From: Octopus vulgaris
Taxonomy: Eukaryota
Direction of reading: 5' to 3'
Assembly: GCA_951406725.2 (NCBI GenBank)
Contig: OX597827.1
Location: 41,106,001 to 41,170,000, forward strand
Length of the DNA: 64,000 nucleotides
Of this stretch, positions 12,038 to 23,225 are shown in pieces. The stretch's first letter is position 1. Each line of letters begins with the position of its first letter. The position numbers and the translations under genes were made by a program. The notes below the pieces were generated by a model. That model saw only the letters and a list, made by a program, of their open reading frames with translations. It was not told where the DNA came from and made no database searches.

Positions 12038-12133
12038 TGACACAAAGCCGTTAAATACAATACACTAATGTAATTAGTTCTAAGGACATTATGTCTCGAT
12101 AAAATACGGCATGATCCTGGCTTGAACACGTTT

Positions 12134-12521
12134 GGGATCTTTTCGGTTTGAACGGCAGTTTTTAAAAATAATTTCCACGCAACTAAACACTTTTAAACTT
12201 CGTATACTGGTAGAATGTGTTTATAAAACATCTTTTTCTCTTTGCTTTATTGAGAAAATTCTATAGTTTGTTAAGATATTTGTTGTTGTTTTTTCTTCAA
12301 TTTCTGTAATTTCAACCAATCAATGACGTCTATTGAGGTGAAAACATTCTGTGCCGTATGAATATGTCCCTCGTTTGTGAAGAAAAAAAGATACCCTTCC
12401 TTCCACCCCTAACCCCTAAAACAGATTGAAATACAATAGATCGATACTAGGGTTATAAATATGGGTGACAATTTCATATGACACCGCTAGAAAAAACTGC
12501 CGTTCAAACCGAAAAGATCCC
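12134..12521. mobile_element. MITE with perfect 30-bp TIRs, flanked by a 75-bp direct duplication
   Basis: GGGATCTTTTCGGTTTGAACGGCAGTTTTT ... AAAAACTGCCGTTCAAACCGAAAAGATCCC; flanks 12059-12133 and 12522-12596 match at 71/75. Confidence 0.92.
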
Positions 12522-12956
12522 AATACACTAATGTAATTAGTTCTAAGGACACTATGTCTCGACAAAATACGACATGATCCTGGCTGGAACACGTTTGCTC
12601 ACAGGTCTGTTGAATCAGGGCTGATTTCGGTCTGAACAACAACCTCTACATTGCATTAAAACAATGATATTTAACTGGGGGTATCTATATTGCTTGCTGT
12701 CATAGAAGCCAAAAGCCCGAAGGTCTCAGGGTTGGGAGTATGGGACGCGATGTTTCAATACGTTTTTCTATAAATAGATATGACGACATTCTCATGATTT
12801 GTTTTCTTTTCTACATCTTCCACGTGGCTGTGTAGTAAGAGGCTTGCTTCCCTTTACAGGATTTCAGTTTCAGTTCCATTGTGTAGCACTGAAGCCTCGG
12901 ACCTGCTTAAAAAGACCTGTGAGTGGATTTGGTAGGCGGAAACTGAAAGAAGCTCG

Positions 12957-13012
<56 letters not shown>

Positions 13013-13175
13013 ATAAGATATTTGAGGACTTATTTATGTTTATAGAAAAAAAAATAGATATATAATGGCTTGTGAATGTATTTTAGAAACTGAGTGGGAG
13101 CCCAGTGTGTATGTGTGCGTGTATGAATGTATGTCTTTGTGTTCCTCTCACTGACGACTGGTGTTGATTTTTACA

Positions 13176-13226
<51 letters not shown>

Positions 13227-13404
13227 GGTGCGTAAGATATTTGAGGACAGATTTCTGTTTATAAAAAAAACCCCAGATATATAACAACAAATAACTTTAT
13301 TTATCAAAAAATGCTATAAGGATTAAAAATAAACTTTCTTTTCTATAATGTTATTCAATAAAGCCACCTTCAGCTTCAATAACTGTTTCTATACGAGATC
13401 TAAA

Positions 13405-13780
13405 TCATCTACATGCTCGAATCAAGTGGTCCTGGTTCATTTTGGACATTACTCTGACTATGGCAGCTTTCATAGAATCTTTGGTGTTATGGGCGTGTTC
13501 ATTGACCCCCCCGCCCTCTCTCTCTCTCTCAAAATAGTCCAATGGATTGATATCTGGGGAGTTAAGAGTCCAAATGTTAGGGGTTATGTGATCATGAAAA
13601 TTTTCAGTCATCCATTCCTGTGTTACGAGAGCCATGTGTGATAGTGCAGAGTCTTACTGAAACACATATGGCCTTCCATTGCATACACTGTCTATCCAGG
13701 GCTTAATTATTTCCAAGACTTCAATGTAGGCGACAGAGTTAACTCTAAGGCCTTGTGGAAAGAAGTAAGGGGGTATCATG
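13405..13780 (-). pseudogene. Tc1/mariner-superfamily DD37D (maT-type) transposase remnant, C-terminal catalytic region
   Basis: One frame reads GLRVNSVAYIEVLEIIKPWIDSVCNGRPYVFQ*DSALSHMALVTQEW...WTLNSPDINPLDY; 37 residues between the 2nd and 3rd catalytic Asp; in-frame stop and (GA)n disruption. Confidence 0.9.
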
Positions 13781-14331
13781 CTCTTCGGCAGAAAGGATTG
13801 AGAAGAAAAAAAAGATGGAAAAAAAGTGCAAGAAACGGAGAGAGAAAAATGTGCAGAGTTCAACGGTCCAACATGGTGAGATGACTGGAAAAAAGAGGCT
13901 GAATGAAAGGGAGATGATGATGATGATAATAATAACAAAAGTAATATGTGTGTGTGTGGGGGGGACCCACCACCTCTTGACAACCGGTGTTGGTTTGTTT
14001 ACATTTCTGTAACATAGCGTTCCTGATCAAGAAACTGACAGAATAAATACCAGGCTTAAAAAAATAAATGCTGGGGCCGATTTGTTCAACTATTTCTTTC
14101 GAGGCGGTGCCCCAGCATGGCCAAGTCGAATGAGCGAAACGAACAAAAGACATGTAAAATAAAACTAAACTATTGACTTCTCTTCAAGTGATGTTGGCAT
14201 CTTGTTATCATCATCTGTTAGTCTGCTACAGATGATGACGATGGTGATGATAATGATGACACACCAGTAAAGTGGGTATAGGGATATTTTGGGGTAATAG
14301 TTTTGTAATAATAATAATAATAATAATAATA

Positions 14332-14756
14332 GGCGTAGGGGTGGCTGTGTGGTAATTAGCTTGCTTACGAACCACATGGTTCTGGGTTCAGTCCCACTGC
14401 GTGGCAACTTGGGCAAATGTCTTCTACTATAGCCTCGGGCCGACCAACGTCTTGTGAGTGGATTTGGTAGACGGAAACTGAAAGAAGCCTGTCAATAATA
14501 TGTATATACATGTGTGTGTGTGTGCATATGTTTGTGTGTGTGTGTGTTTGTCCCCCCCCCCCCCAACATCGCTTGACAACCGATGCTGGTGTGTTTACGT
14601 CCCCGTAACTTAGCTGTTCTGCAAAAGAGACCGATAGAATAAGTACTCGGCTTACAAAGAATAAGTCCTGAGGTCGATTTGCTCGGCTAAAGGCGGCGCT
14701 CCAGCATGGTCACAGTCAAATGACTGAAACAAGTAAAAGAGTAAAGAGAGCAAAGA

Positions 14757-14758
<2 letters not shown>
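14332..14758 (+). mobile_element. SINE family A, full length, within (AAT)n
   Basis: Same structure as 353-753. Confidence 0.9.
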
Positions 14759-14799
<41 letters not shown>

Positions 14800-14811
14800 T
14801 TTCTCCTATTT

Positions 14812-15045
14812 GCCTATTTCTTTACTACCCACAAGGGGCTAAGCACAGAGGGGACAAACAAGGACAGACAAATGGATTAAGTCGATTACATCGACCCCAG
14901 TGCGTAACTGCTACTTAATTTATCGACCCCAAAAGGATGAAAGGCAAAGTCGACCTCGGCGGAATTTGAACTCAGAATGCAGCGGTGGATGAAATACTAC
15001 AAAGCATTTCGCCCGGCGTGCTAATGTTTCTGCCAGCTCGCCACC
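14812..15045 (-). mobile_element. SINE family B with tail 1
   Basis: Reverse complement of the 6438 unit. Confidence 0.88.
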
Positions 15046-15264
15046 AATTTCTCCTATTTGCCACCAGGGCGAAGGATAAGGGACACAATACAAAGAGAAG
15101 GGGTTATGAATCCCTGCACTAGACGTTTCATCTGCCTTTTATTCCCATTGTACTGATTTACCAGAACAGCAGCAGCAAGCCGAAGTAATTGGAACGCTGC
15201 GGCTGAACAGGTAGGTACACCGATGCAGGTGATAGCAACGGAACAAACAGGCAATGGCGTCAAC

Positions 15265-15708
15265 AGCAGAAGCAGCAGCAGCAGTAGTAGCGGCGGCGGC
15301 GGTGGTTGTGGTGGCAGCAGTAGGAGTAGTAGTAGAAACAGAGTAACGGTAGTTGTAGCAGCAGTTGCAGTAGTAGTGATGGTAATAGTAGCAGCGGCAG
15401 CAGTAGTAGTAGTGGCGGCGGCGGTGGTGGTGGCGATGATGGTGGCAGTAGTAGGAGTAGTAGTAGAAACAGAGTAATGGCCGTTGTAGCAGCAGCAGCA
15501 GTAGTAGTAGTAGCAGCAGCAACAACAGTAGTAATAGTAGTAGTAGTAGTAACTGTAACAGTAGAGAAATAACATGGGCAGTATTGTAGTAATAGCAGTA
15601 CTTGCATAGCAGTAGTAGTAGCACCCAAGATCAGCAGCAGTAGGAGCAGTAGTAGTACTCGCAACAGCAGTTATAGCAGCTCTCAACAACTGCATCAGCA
15701 GCAGCAGC

Positions 15709-15746
<38 letters not shown>

Positions 15747-15962
15747 AAGCAGCAGCAGCAGCGACAGTAAAGAAGCATCATCATCAGCAGCAGTAGCAGT
15801 AGTAATAGTAGTAGCAGCAGCAACAAAGAAGCATCATATTCATCAGCAGCAGTAGTAGTAGTTGCAACAGTAAAGCATCATCATCAGCAGCAGCAGCAGT
15901 AGTAGTAGTAGTAGTAATAGTAGCAGCAGCAAAGAAGCATCATATTCATCATCATCATAAGC

Positions 15963-15997
<35 letters not shown>

Positions 15998-16235
15998 CAA
16001 TAGTAAAGCATCATCATCATCATCATCATCAGTAGTAGTTGCAACAGTAAAGGAGCATCATCATCATCAGCAGCAGCAGTAGTAGTAGTAGTAGCAGCAG
16101 TAGCTGTAGTAGCAGCTAGCAGCTCCTTCACAACTGCATCAGCAGCAGTAATAGTAATAGTAGTAGTAGTATGGAGTAATGATAGCAGCAGCGGTAGCAA
16201 AACCAACAGCAGCAGCTCTCAGCAACAGCAGCAGT
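15265..16235. repeat. Compound trinucleotide tract (AGC/AGT/GGC/ATC)n
   Basis: Seen directly; explains the poly-L/T/S/V ORFs. Confidence 0.95.
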
Positions 16236-17727
16236 TCTTACCAAACCTTGCCACCAGTCTCATGTCTCATCCACACCGAGATGGTGTGATACAGATTCTC
16301 TTGGTCTGATCCATCTACTGACGCGTTGAAGAAGACATCTTTGGAGAACGTCCCCGTTGTTTAGCCGTAGGTCAGGTTTGATCCAGTGGACGTATATTCA
16401 AAGACATTCCAACCCCAACTTTTTCCTTTTGTTTGCTTGTTCAGGCATAGTGTATCTAGGATTGCATTATCCTATGTCCTCTTTCACACTTTTTTTAAAT
16501 GGCAAAAGTGTAATCTGAGGAAAATTTGACTACTATTTCTATGAGGTTGAGCGATTGCATAGAAACTTCCACGGTGGAATGTTAGTAGATGTCCTTGTCA
16601 TCATTACCTTTTTAATAGTTTAATTCTAGTTCAGCTCTGATCAAGCATTTCTTATTATGAAAAAGATGTTCCAACCAGGACCATTTCGTTTTAAGATACA
16701 GTGTATCTAGGATTATATCCAATGTGGTTTTTTTAGGATGGTAGGTATGCTTTGAGGGAAATTTGACTGCTATTTCTTACAGTTCGAACGATCCACGTAA
16801 AGACGTCCTTGTTGGTCTTGTCGGCGTGCGTTGTCATCCGTGATGCTGTCACCGAGTTTACGACGAGCATGTCAAAAGAAAAAAGTTGTCGTTCGAATCC
16901 CACATGTAGTGAATTTAAAAACTTCGATCAACTGAGATTATCAATGCAATTAGTTGACAAAAGGTCCCTCTGAAAGTGTTTACAGTGGAAGCTTGATTCA
17001 CGAATTTAATTCGTTCCTGAAGGCCGCTCGATACCCGAAATGTTCGTTAACCGAAATCCTTTTTCCCCTTAGGGAATTCAAGAGAACGCACAGCGAATTC
17101 GAGCAGGGATGTGCACTGAGCCTAAGCTAGACAGCAGCCTACGTTCTCCCGCTGATATTCCCAGATTGCTGCCAACTGCTGTTGCCTATTTGCGTGTTCG
17201 TTACTCGAGATACCATTTGTCGCCAGACACGTTTTATGTTCCAAAAACTTTTCGTAAACCGATTTGTTCGTGATGAGAGGCATTCATAAACCGAGGTTCC
17301 ACTGTTTGATATAAAGCACACAGATACTCACACGCACAAGCCTGTCTGGAATATAGTTCTAGATAAATTATAGCTAAATGTATCTCAAAGCGATAGCAGT
17401 GTCTCTGTGTGCGTGTGGAGGAGGTGGGGGAAGCTGGAACACCTTTTGATCAAAGATCTGCTTGATGAGTGCTGATTAGAGAGAACCTCAGCATAATCTC
17501 TCAACCTGTCAGATGTCGCTGCCAAACCTGCTTAATATCGGTTCTAAATTTTGGCACAAGTCCAATAATTTCGGGGGAATGGGGTAAGTCGATGACATCG
17601 ATCCCGGTAATCAGGGCGGTGCCCCAGCATGGCCACGGTCGTATGGCTGAAGCAAATAAAAGATTTGTAAAATGAAACTAAACTATTGACTTCTCTTGAA
17701 GAGATATTACCATCCAACAACACTATT

Positions 17728-18090
17728 GACTCTTTTACTTGTTTCAGACTGTGGCCATGCTGGAGCACCTCCTTTAGTCGAGCAAATCGACTCCAGGACT
17801 TATTCTTTGTAAGCCTAGTACTTATTCTATCGGTCTCTTTTGCAGAACAGCTAGGTTACGGGGACGTAAACACACCAGCATCGGTTGTCAAGCGATGTTG
17901 GGGGGGGGGCAAAAACAGACACACACACACACATATATATATACATATATACGATGGGCTTCTTTCAGTTTCCGTCTACTAAATCCACTCACAAGGCTTT
18001 GGTCGGCCCGAGGCTATAGTAGAAGACACTTGCCCAAGGCGCCACGCAGTGGGACTGAACCCGGGACCATGTGGTTGGTAAGCAAGCTAC
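17728..18090 (-). mobile_element. SINE family A
   Basis: Reverse complement of the 353-753 family. Confidence 0.9.
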
Positions 18091-18184
18091 GATGATGATG
18101 ATTTTGAAAGTCTAGTGTTGTGGGTATAGGAATATATTAGACTCTATACTCTAATAATTAGAGTAATAGTTTTGTGGGTTAATA

Positions 18185-18410
18185 ATAATAATCCTTTCTA
18201 CTATAGGCACAAGGTCGGAAATTCTGGGGGTGGGGGAGGCCAGTCGATTAGCTCGATCTCAGTATGTAACTGGTACTTAATTTATCGACCCCGAAAGGAT
18301 GAAAGGCAAAGTCGACCTCGGCGGAATTTGAACTCAGAACGTAGCGACGGTCGAAATACTGCTAAGCATTTTGCCCGGCGTGCTAACGATTCTGCCAGCT
18401 CACTGCCCTT

Positions 18411-18449
<39 letters not shown>

Positions 18450-19136
18450 CCTTTCTACTATAGGCACAAGGCCTGAAATTTTTGGGGAGTGGGTCAGTCA
18501 ATTAGAGCGATCCCAGTACGTAACTAGTACTTAATTTACCGAATCTTGCCACAAGGAAGCCATGTAGGGGGTATAAGTCGATTGCATCGACCCCACTGTT
18601 TCACTGGTACTTAATTTATCGACGCCGGAAGGCAAAGTCGACTTCAGCAGAATTTGATCCCAGAATGTAAGGATGGACGAAATGCTGCTAAGCATTTTGC
18701 CTGTTGTGCTAACGATTCTGTCAGTTTGTCGTCTTAAATCTGCTTAATATTATACATCCTAAAGGCGGCGAGCTGGCAGAATTGTTAGCACGCCGGGCGA
18801 AATGCTTAGCGGTATTTCATCTGCCGTTACGTTCTGAGTTCACATTTCGCCGAGATAGACTTTGCCTTTCATCCTTTCGGGGTCGATTAAATAAGTACCA
18901 GTTATGCACTGGGGTCGATATAATCGACTTAATCCGTTTGTCTGTCCTTGTTTGTCCTCTCTGTGTTTAGCCTCTTGTGGGTAGTAAAGAAATAGGTATT
19001 TCATCTGTCTTTATGTTCTGAGTTCAAATTCCGCCGAGGTCGTCTTTGCCTTTGCTCCTTTCGGGGTTGATAAATTAAGTACCAGTTGCGTACTGGGTTC
19101 AAAAATTTCGGGCCTTGTGCCTAGAGTAGAAAAGAA
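18185..19136. mobile_element. Cluster of SINE family B copies: minus-strand copies, then a plus-strand dimer from 18764
   Basis: Repeated gtcgacctcggcggaatttgaactc and atcctttcggggtcga motifs. Confidence 0.85.
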
Positions 19137-19282
19137 TATACCGAGTTTGCCGGTCTGCTACTCTGTTAACACAAATAACAGCGTCTTCTTTTCTGTACAG
19201 TGATAACAAATTCGGATTCGACAAATGCTAACTTAAACTTTAATCTCCCGTGGTCGATACCAGAAATTATGATACAAGTATA

Positions 19283-19425
19283 GGCGCAGGAGTGGCTGTG
19301 TGGTAAGTAGCTTGCTTACCAACCACACTTTGGGCAAGTGTCTTCTACTATAGCCTCGGGCCGACCAAAGCCTTGTGAGTGGATTTGGTAGGCGGAAACT
19401 GAAAAATGCCCGTCGTATATGTGTA

Positions 19426-19456
<31 letters not shown>

Positions 19457-19665
19457 AAATGTTTGTGTCTGTGTTTGTCCACCCTCCAAATCGCTTGACA
19501 ACCGATGCTGGTATGTTTACGTCCCCGTAACTTAGCGGTTCGGCAAAAGTCCAGTAAAATAAGTACTAGGCTTACAAAGAATAAGTCCTGGGGTCGATTT
19601 GCTCGACTAAAGGCGGTGCTCCAGCATGGCCGCAGTCAAATGCCTGAAACAAGTAAAAGAGTAAG
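19283..19665 (+). mobile_element. SINE family A
   Basis: Head ggcgcaggagtggctgtgtggtaag; family A tail. Confidence 0.9.
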
Positions 19666-19912
19666 TGACTGTTTCCTCACCTCCTAATTTCCTAGTTTGA
19701 GCTCATGCTAGAAATCAGTCTTATAATTAATAACGGAATGCGGTAGAATAGCACAATCGGTAGAGCGTGAGATAAAATGGTCTTGCGGTATTTAATTATG
19801 GCTTTTTAAGGTTTGAGTTCAAGTCTTACCGGAACAAAGTTTGCTTTGCATCCTTCGGCTATTTTATCCGGAGTCAATATAAAGTACCAGTTAAATACTA
19901 GAGTCGATATAT

Positions 19913-20488
19913 ATTTCTTTACTACCCACAAGGGGCTAAACACAGAGGGGACAAACAAGGACGGACAAACGGATTAAGTCGATTACATCGACTCCAGTGC
20001 GTAACTGGTACTTAATTTATTGATCCCGAAAGGATGAAAGGCAAAGTCGACCTCGGCGGAATTTGAACTCAGAACGTAGCGGCAGACAAAATACCTATTT
20101 CTTTACTACCCACAAGGGGCTAAACACAGAGAGGACAAACAAGGACGGGCAAACGGACTAAGTCGATTACATCGACCCCAGTGCGTAACTGGTACTTATT
20201 TAATCGACCCCGAAAGGATGATAGGCAAAGTCGACCTCGGCGGAATTTGAACTCAGAACATAACGGCAGACGAAATACGTATTTCTTTATTACCCACAAG
20301 GGGCTAAACACAGAGGCAACAAACAAGGACAGACATAGGTATTAAGTCGATTACATCGACCTTAGTTCGTAACTGGTACTTAATTTATCGACCCCGAAAG
20401 GATGAAAGGCAAAGTCGACCTCGGCGGAATTTGAACTCAGAACATAACGGCAGACGAAATGCGGCTACGCATTTCGCCCGGCGTGCTA
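19913..20488 (-). mobile_element. SINE family B head-to-tail trimer (184-bp period) inside a single 16-bp TSD
   Basis: Unit boundaries (atttcttta) at 19913, 20097 and 20281; TSD ACTAGAGTCGATATAT at 19897-19912 and 20489-20504. Confidence 0.92.
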
Positions 20489-21136
20489 ACTAGAGTCGAT
20501 ATATTTGAGAATACTCACTACCACCAAATTTAATCTCTTTCAGAGAGAGAGCTTTTGTATGTTTGCGGAGACTAAAACAAAACAATGCATCGGAAGTGGA
20601 AAAATATTCGAGACAAAACTCTCAAATCTCACGCCATACTTTACTTAACCTTTTCTATTCCTCTCAGACGTTTAACATAATAAAGTCTGAGTAAAAGGAC
20701 ATAAGAAATTCAGTCGATTGTGTTTAACTTGAAAAGCAAAAAAAGAAAAGCAGTGATAGAAAGAAAGAGAAGGAAAATGGAATATAAAAACAATAACCAG
20801 TTCCTAGTAACTACGCATTTGAAAGATATCAATATAACGCAGTAAGATAACATATGGAACGGTTTGGGATTACACTTAAATTTACTGGCTTTAGTATTTG
20901 GTTTGCAAATCGTAGCCATTAAGTAGAAGTAGTATTAGCAGCGATTCAGGACTCTGACTGTGTCTTTCGGAAGCGCTGAGTTACTTTTCTTCAGAAAAGA
21001 GCATCTACGTAGTTACTTAAATTTCAGGAAATAGCGACCAAATCTGCCTAGAATTACACCGTGAGACTTAAAAAAGAAAGCGAAAGGAAACCCTGGATAA
21101 TGGTGATACTAAAATACACCACTCAAATAATAATAA

Positions 21137-21232
21137 TTCGTTCGTTTATTGGCCACAAAGGGCTAACAAAAATCAATTAAAACATAAAAGGACAAAACAC
21201 AGGACGAAAGTTACAAAGGGTTTTGTCCGTTT
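21137..21232 (-). mobile_element. Short LINE-like 3' end resembling SINE B tail 1
   Basis: Minus: ...tttgttagccctttgtggccaataaacgaacg; related stubs near 15050, 27355 and 30270. Confidence 0.5.
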
Positions 21233-21267
21233 GATAATAATAATAATAATAATAATAATAATAGAAG

Positions 21268-21745
21268 ATGGGCTATAGCAAATATTCTGCTCAATAACAC
21301 AGATTTGCTTGTCAGTTGTTTGACCTTAACCAGCTGAGCATGTCCCTTAGTGGCTGACGATATGTGCATCTCTGATAACAAGCAGAAGTAGTGGGGGAGC
21401 ATCATAGCCATGTGTTGAGAGGGATTCTTCGGGGTTTGAATAATTCACCTCTGGAAACATGGGTGTTTCGTTCAACATCTTTAAACAGCCCTTATTCTGG
21501 GACCTTTTGAGCGGGATGGGTAACACGACCAGAAGAAAATTCTAACTGGGTCCCACCTGCATGGTCATGTGCTATTTATCTTGATATGAGATCACCATGT
21601 CGTGCACATATGGTTGTGATGCATGTGCCTGATGTACCCTTATCAGACAGGTAGTCATGATGGGTATTCTGGGCTTCATATATTTTACCCCAGTGTCATT
21701 TTGATGACATGCAATGCTCTCTCACTCAAAAATAATAACAATAAA
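21268..21745 (+). mobile_element. Retroposon 3' region ending in a (TAA)n tail
   Basis: A 5'-truncated second copy at 24495-24708 shares the 3' end ...tgctctctcac followed by (taa)n, typical of non-LTR retroposition. Confidence 0.7.
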
Positions 21746-22285
21746 TAAATAAATAAATAAATAAATAAGCGATAGTCACGGCCGGCACCCTTTCTCCTAA
21801 TATATTTGCTCAAGCAGGACTGACTTGAGGGCTGTTAAATATCAACGAGACGGATCCTTAAACATTACCGAGAGGAAGTTGAATCACAAGACTATCGTGT
21901 AGATTGGTTGATAAACTGGTTTAGAAAGAGGAGAGGCGAATAATAGATCACAACAACAACCACACACTTGAGATTTTCTGGAACTGGAAAGTTCTGTTTC
22001 GCTGTGCTTTATTTTTTATTTCATTCTGTTTTATTTTCAAACAGAAAAACTTTTCTGATTCACTATTGAAAAGGTTGCAAGACGCAACGAAAATTTTAGG
22101 AAAATAAAAATAAGAAACAAGTGGAAATTTTACCGGTGAGTGTCTTAAATTATAAGGTACAAAAAAAGAAAATGACTATTCCCAGACACAACAGTGTAGG
22201 CTTTGAGTTCAAATCTAAACTTAAGCAAGATGTCCGCCAAACACAGTATCGCTGCCATAAATTTATGTATTGTGTATATAGTGTG

Positions 22286-22571
22286 TGTGGAGGCGCAATG
22301 GCCCAGTGGTTAGGGCAGCGGACTCGCGGTTGTAGGATCGCGGTTTCGATTCCCAGACCGGGCGTTGTATTTATTGAGCAAAAACACCTAAAGCTCCACG
22401 AGTCTCCGGCAGGGGGTGGTGACGAACCCTGCTGTACTCTTTCACCCACAACTTTCTCTCTTTCTTTCTGCTGTACCTGTATTTCAAAGGGCCAGCCTTG
22501 TCACGCTGAATCTCCCCGAGAACTGGGTTACGGGTACACGTGTCTGTGGAGTGTTCAGGCACTTGCACGTT
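22286..22571 (+). mobile_element. tRNA(Arg)-like SINE: middle M2 plus tail X
   Basis: tgtggaggcgcaatggcccagtggttagggcagcggactcgcgg...tttcgattcc; middle like 11317-11622, tail like 10962-11232. Confidence 0.85.
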
Positions 22572-22574
22572 ACT

Positions 22575-23225
22575 ATTGGTGACACTGCATAATGACAGTG
22601 TCATTATGAACCATAGGAACCTATTATACAGTGTCATTGCTATCTTTTTATACAGTGTAATCGCAATTAATTATATAGTGTCAATTGCCACTATTTATAT
22701 AGCGACGGTCACCAATTATAGTGCCATTGATACCTATACGGTGTTCAATGCCACCAACAATCATATAGTGTCACCGACTACCAATTATATAGTGACAGTT
22801 TGTAATTATTTAGTACTGCTGTCGTCATTTATACAGTCCTCACTGTCACTAAGTACAAAACATCTTGTCATCAATTATACAGTGATGATGTATGATGAAT
22901 GACTGTACCGTGGTACAGTCACTAATTATACAGCAGCGACACTAATTCAAGTTATGCAGTCACGAATTATGCCAGCCACCATTTTTATAGTCCTCGTTGC
23001 TACTAGCAAGAAAGAATCACGCTATCAACGAATTATATAGTAACAATATCAATAATTATAATGTCAGCAACCACTTATACAGTCCTCGTTGCCAACGGTT
23101 ATAAAGAACTTTTCTGTTAACTAATTATATAGTGACTATCTCTAATTATTCAGCGACAGTTTCCAATTAAGCAGTGATACTGTTACAATTATACAGTAAA
23201 AGCGTCACTAATTATGTAGTGTCAC
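22575..23225. repeat. Degenerate minisatellite, unit roughly 21-23 bp (aattatacagtg core)
   Basis: Recurrent ttatacagt/ttatatagt at regular spacing. Confidence 0.75.

Noticed and set aside
15054-16206. Long low-complexity ORFs
   Set aside because: Trinucleotide repeat tract open in several frames.
17025-17052. Hammerhead-like CTGAAGG...CGAAA
   Set aside because: Core mismatch and no convincing stems I or III.
19913-20488. CRISPR-like array
   Set aside because: Units are whole 184-bp SINE bodies without unique spacers; eukaryotic context and no cas genes.
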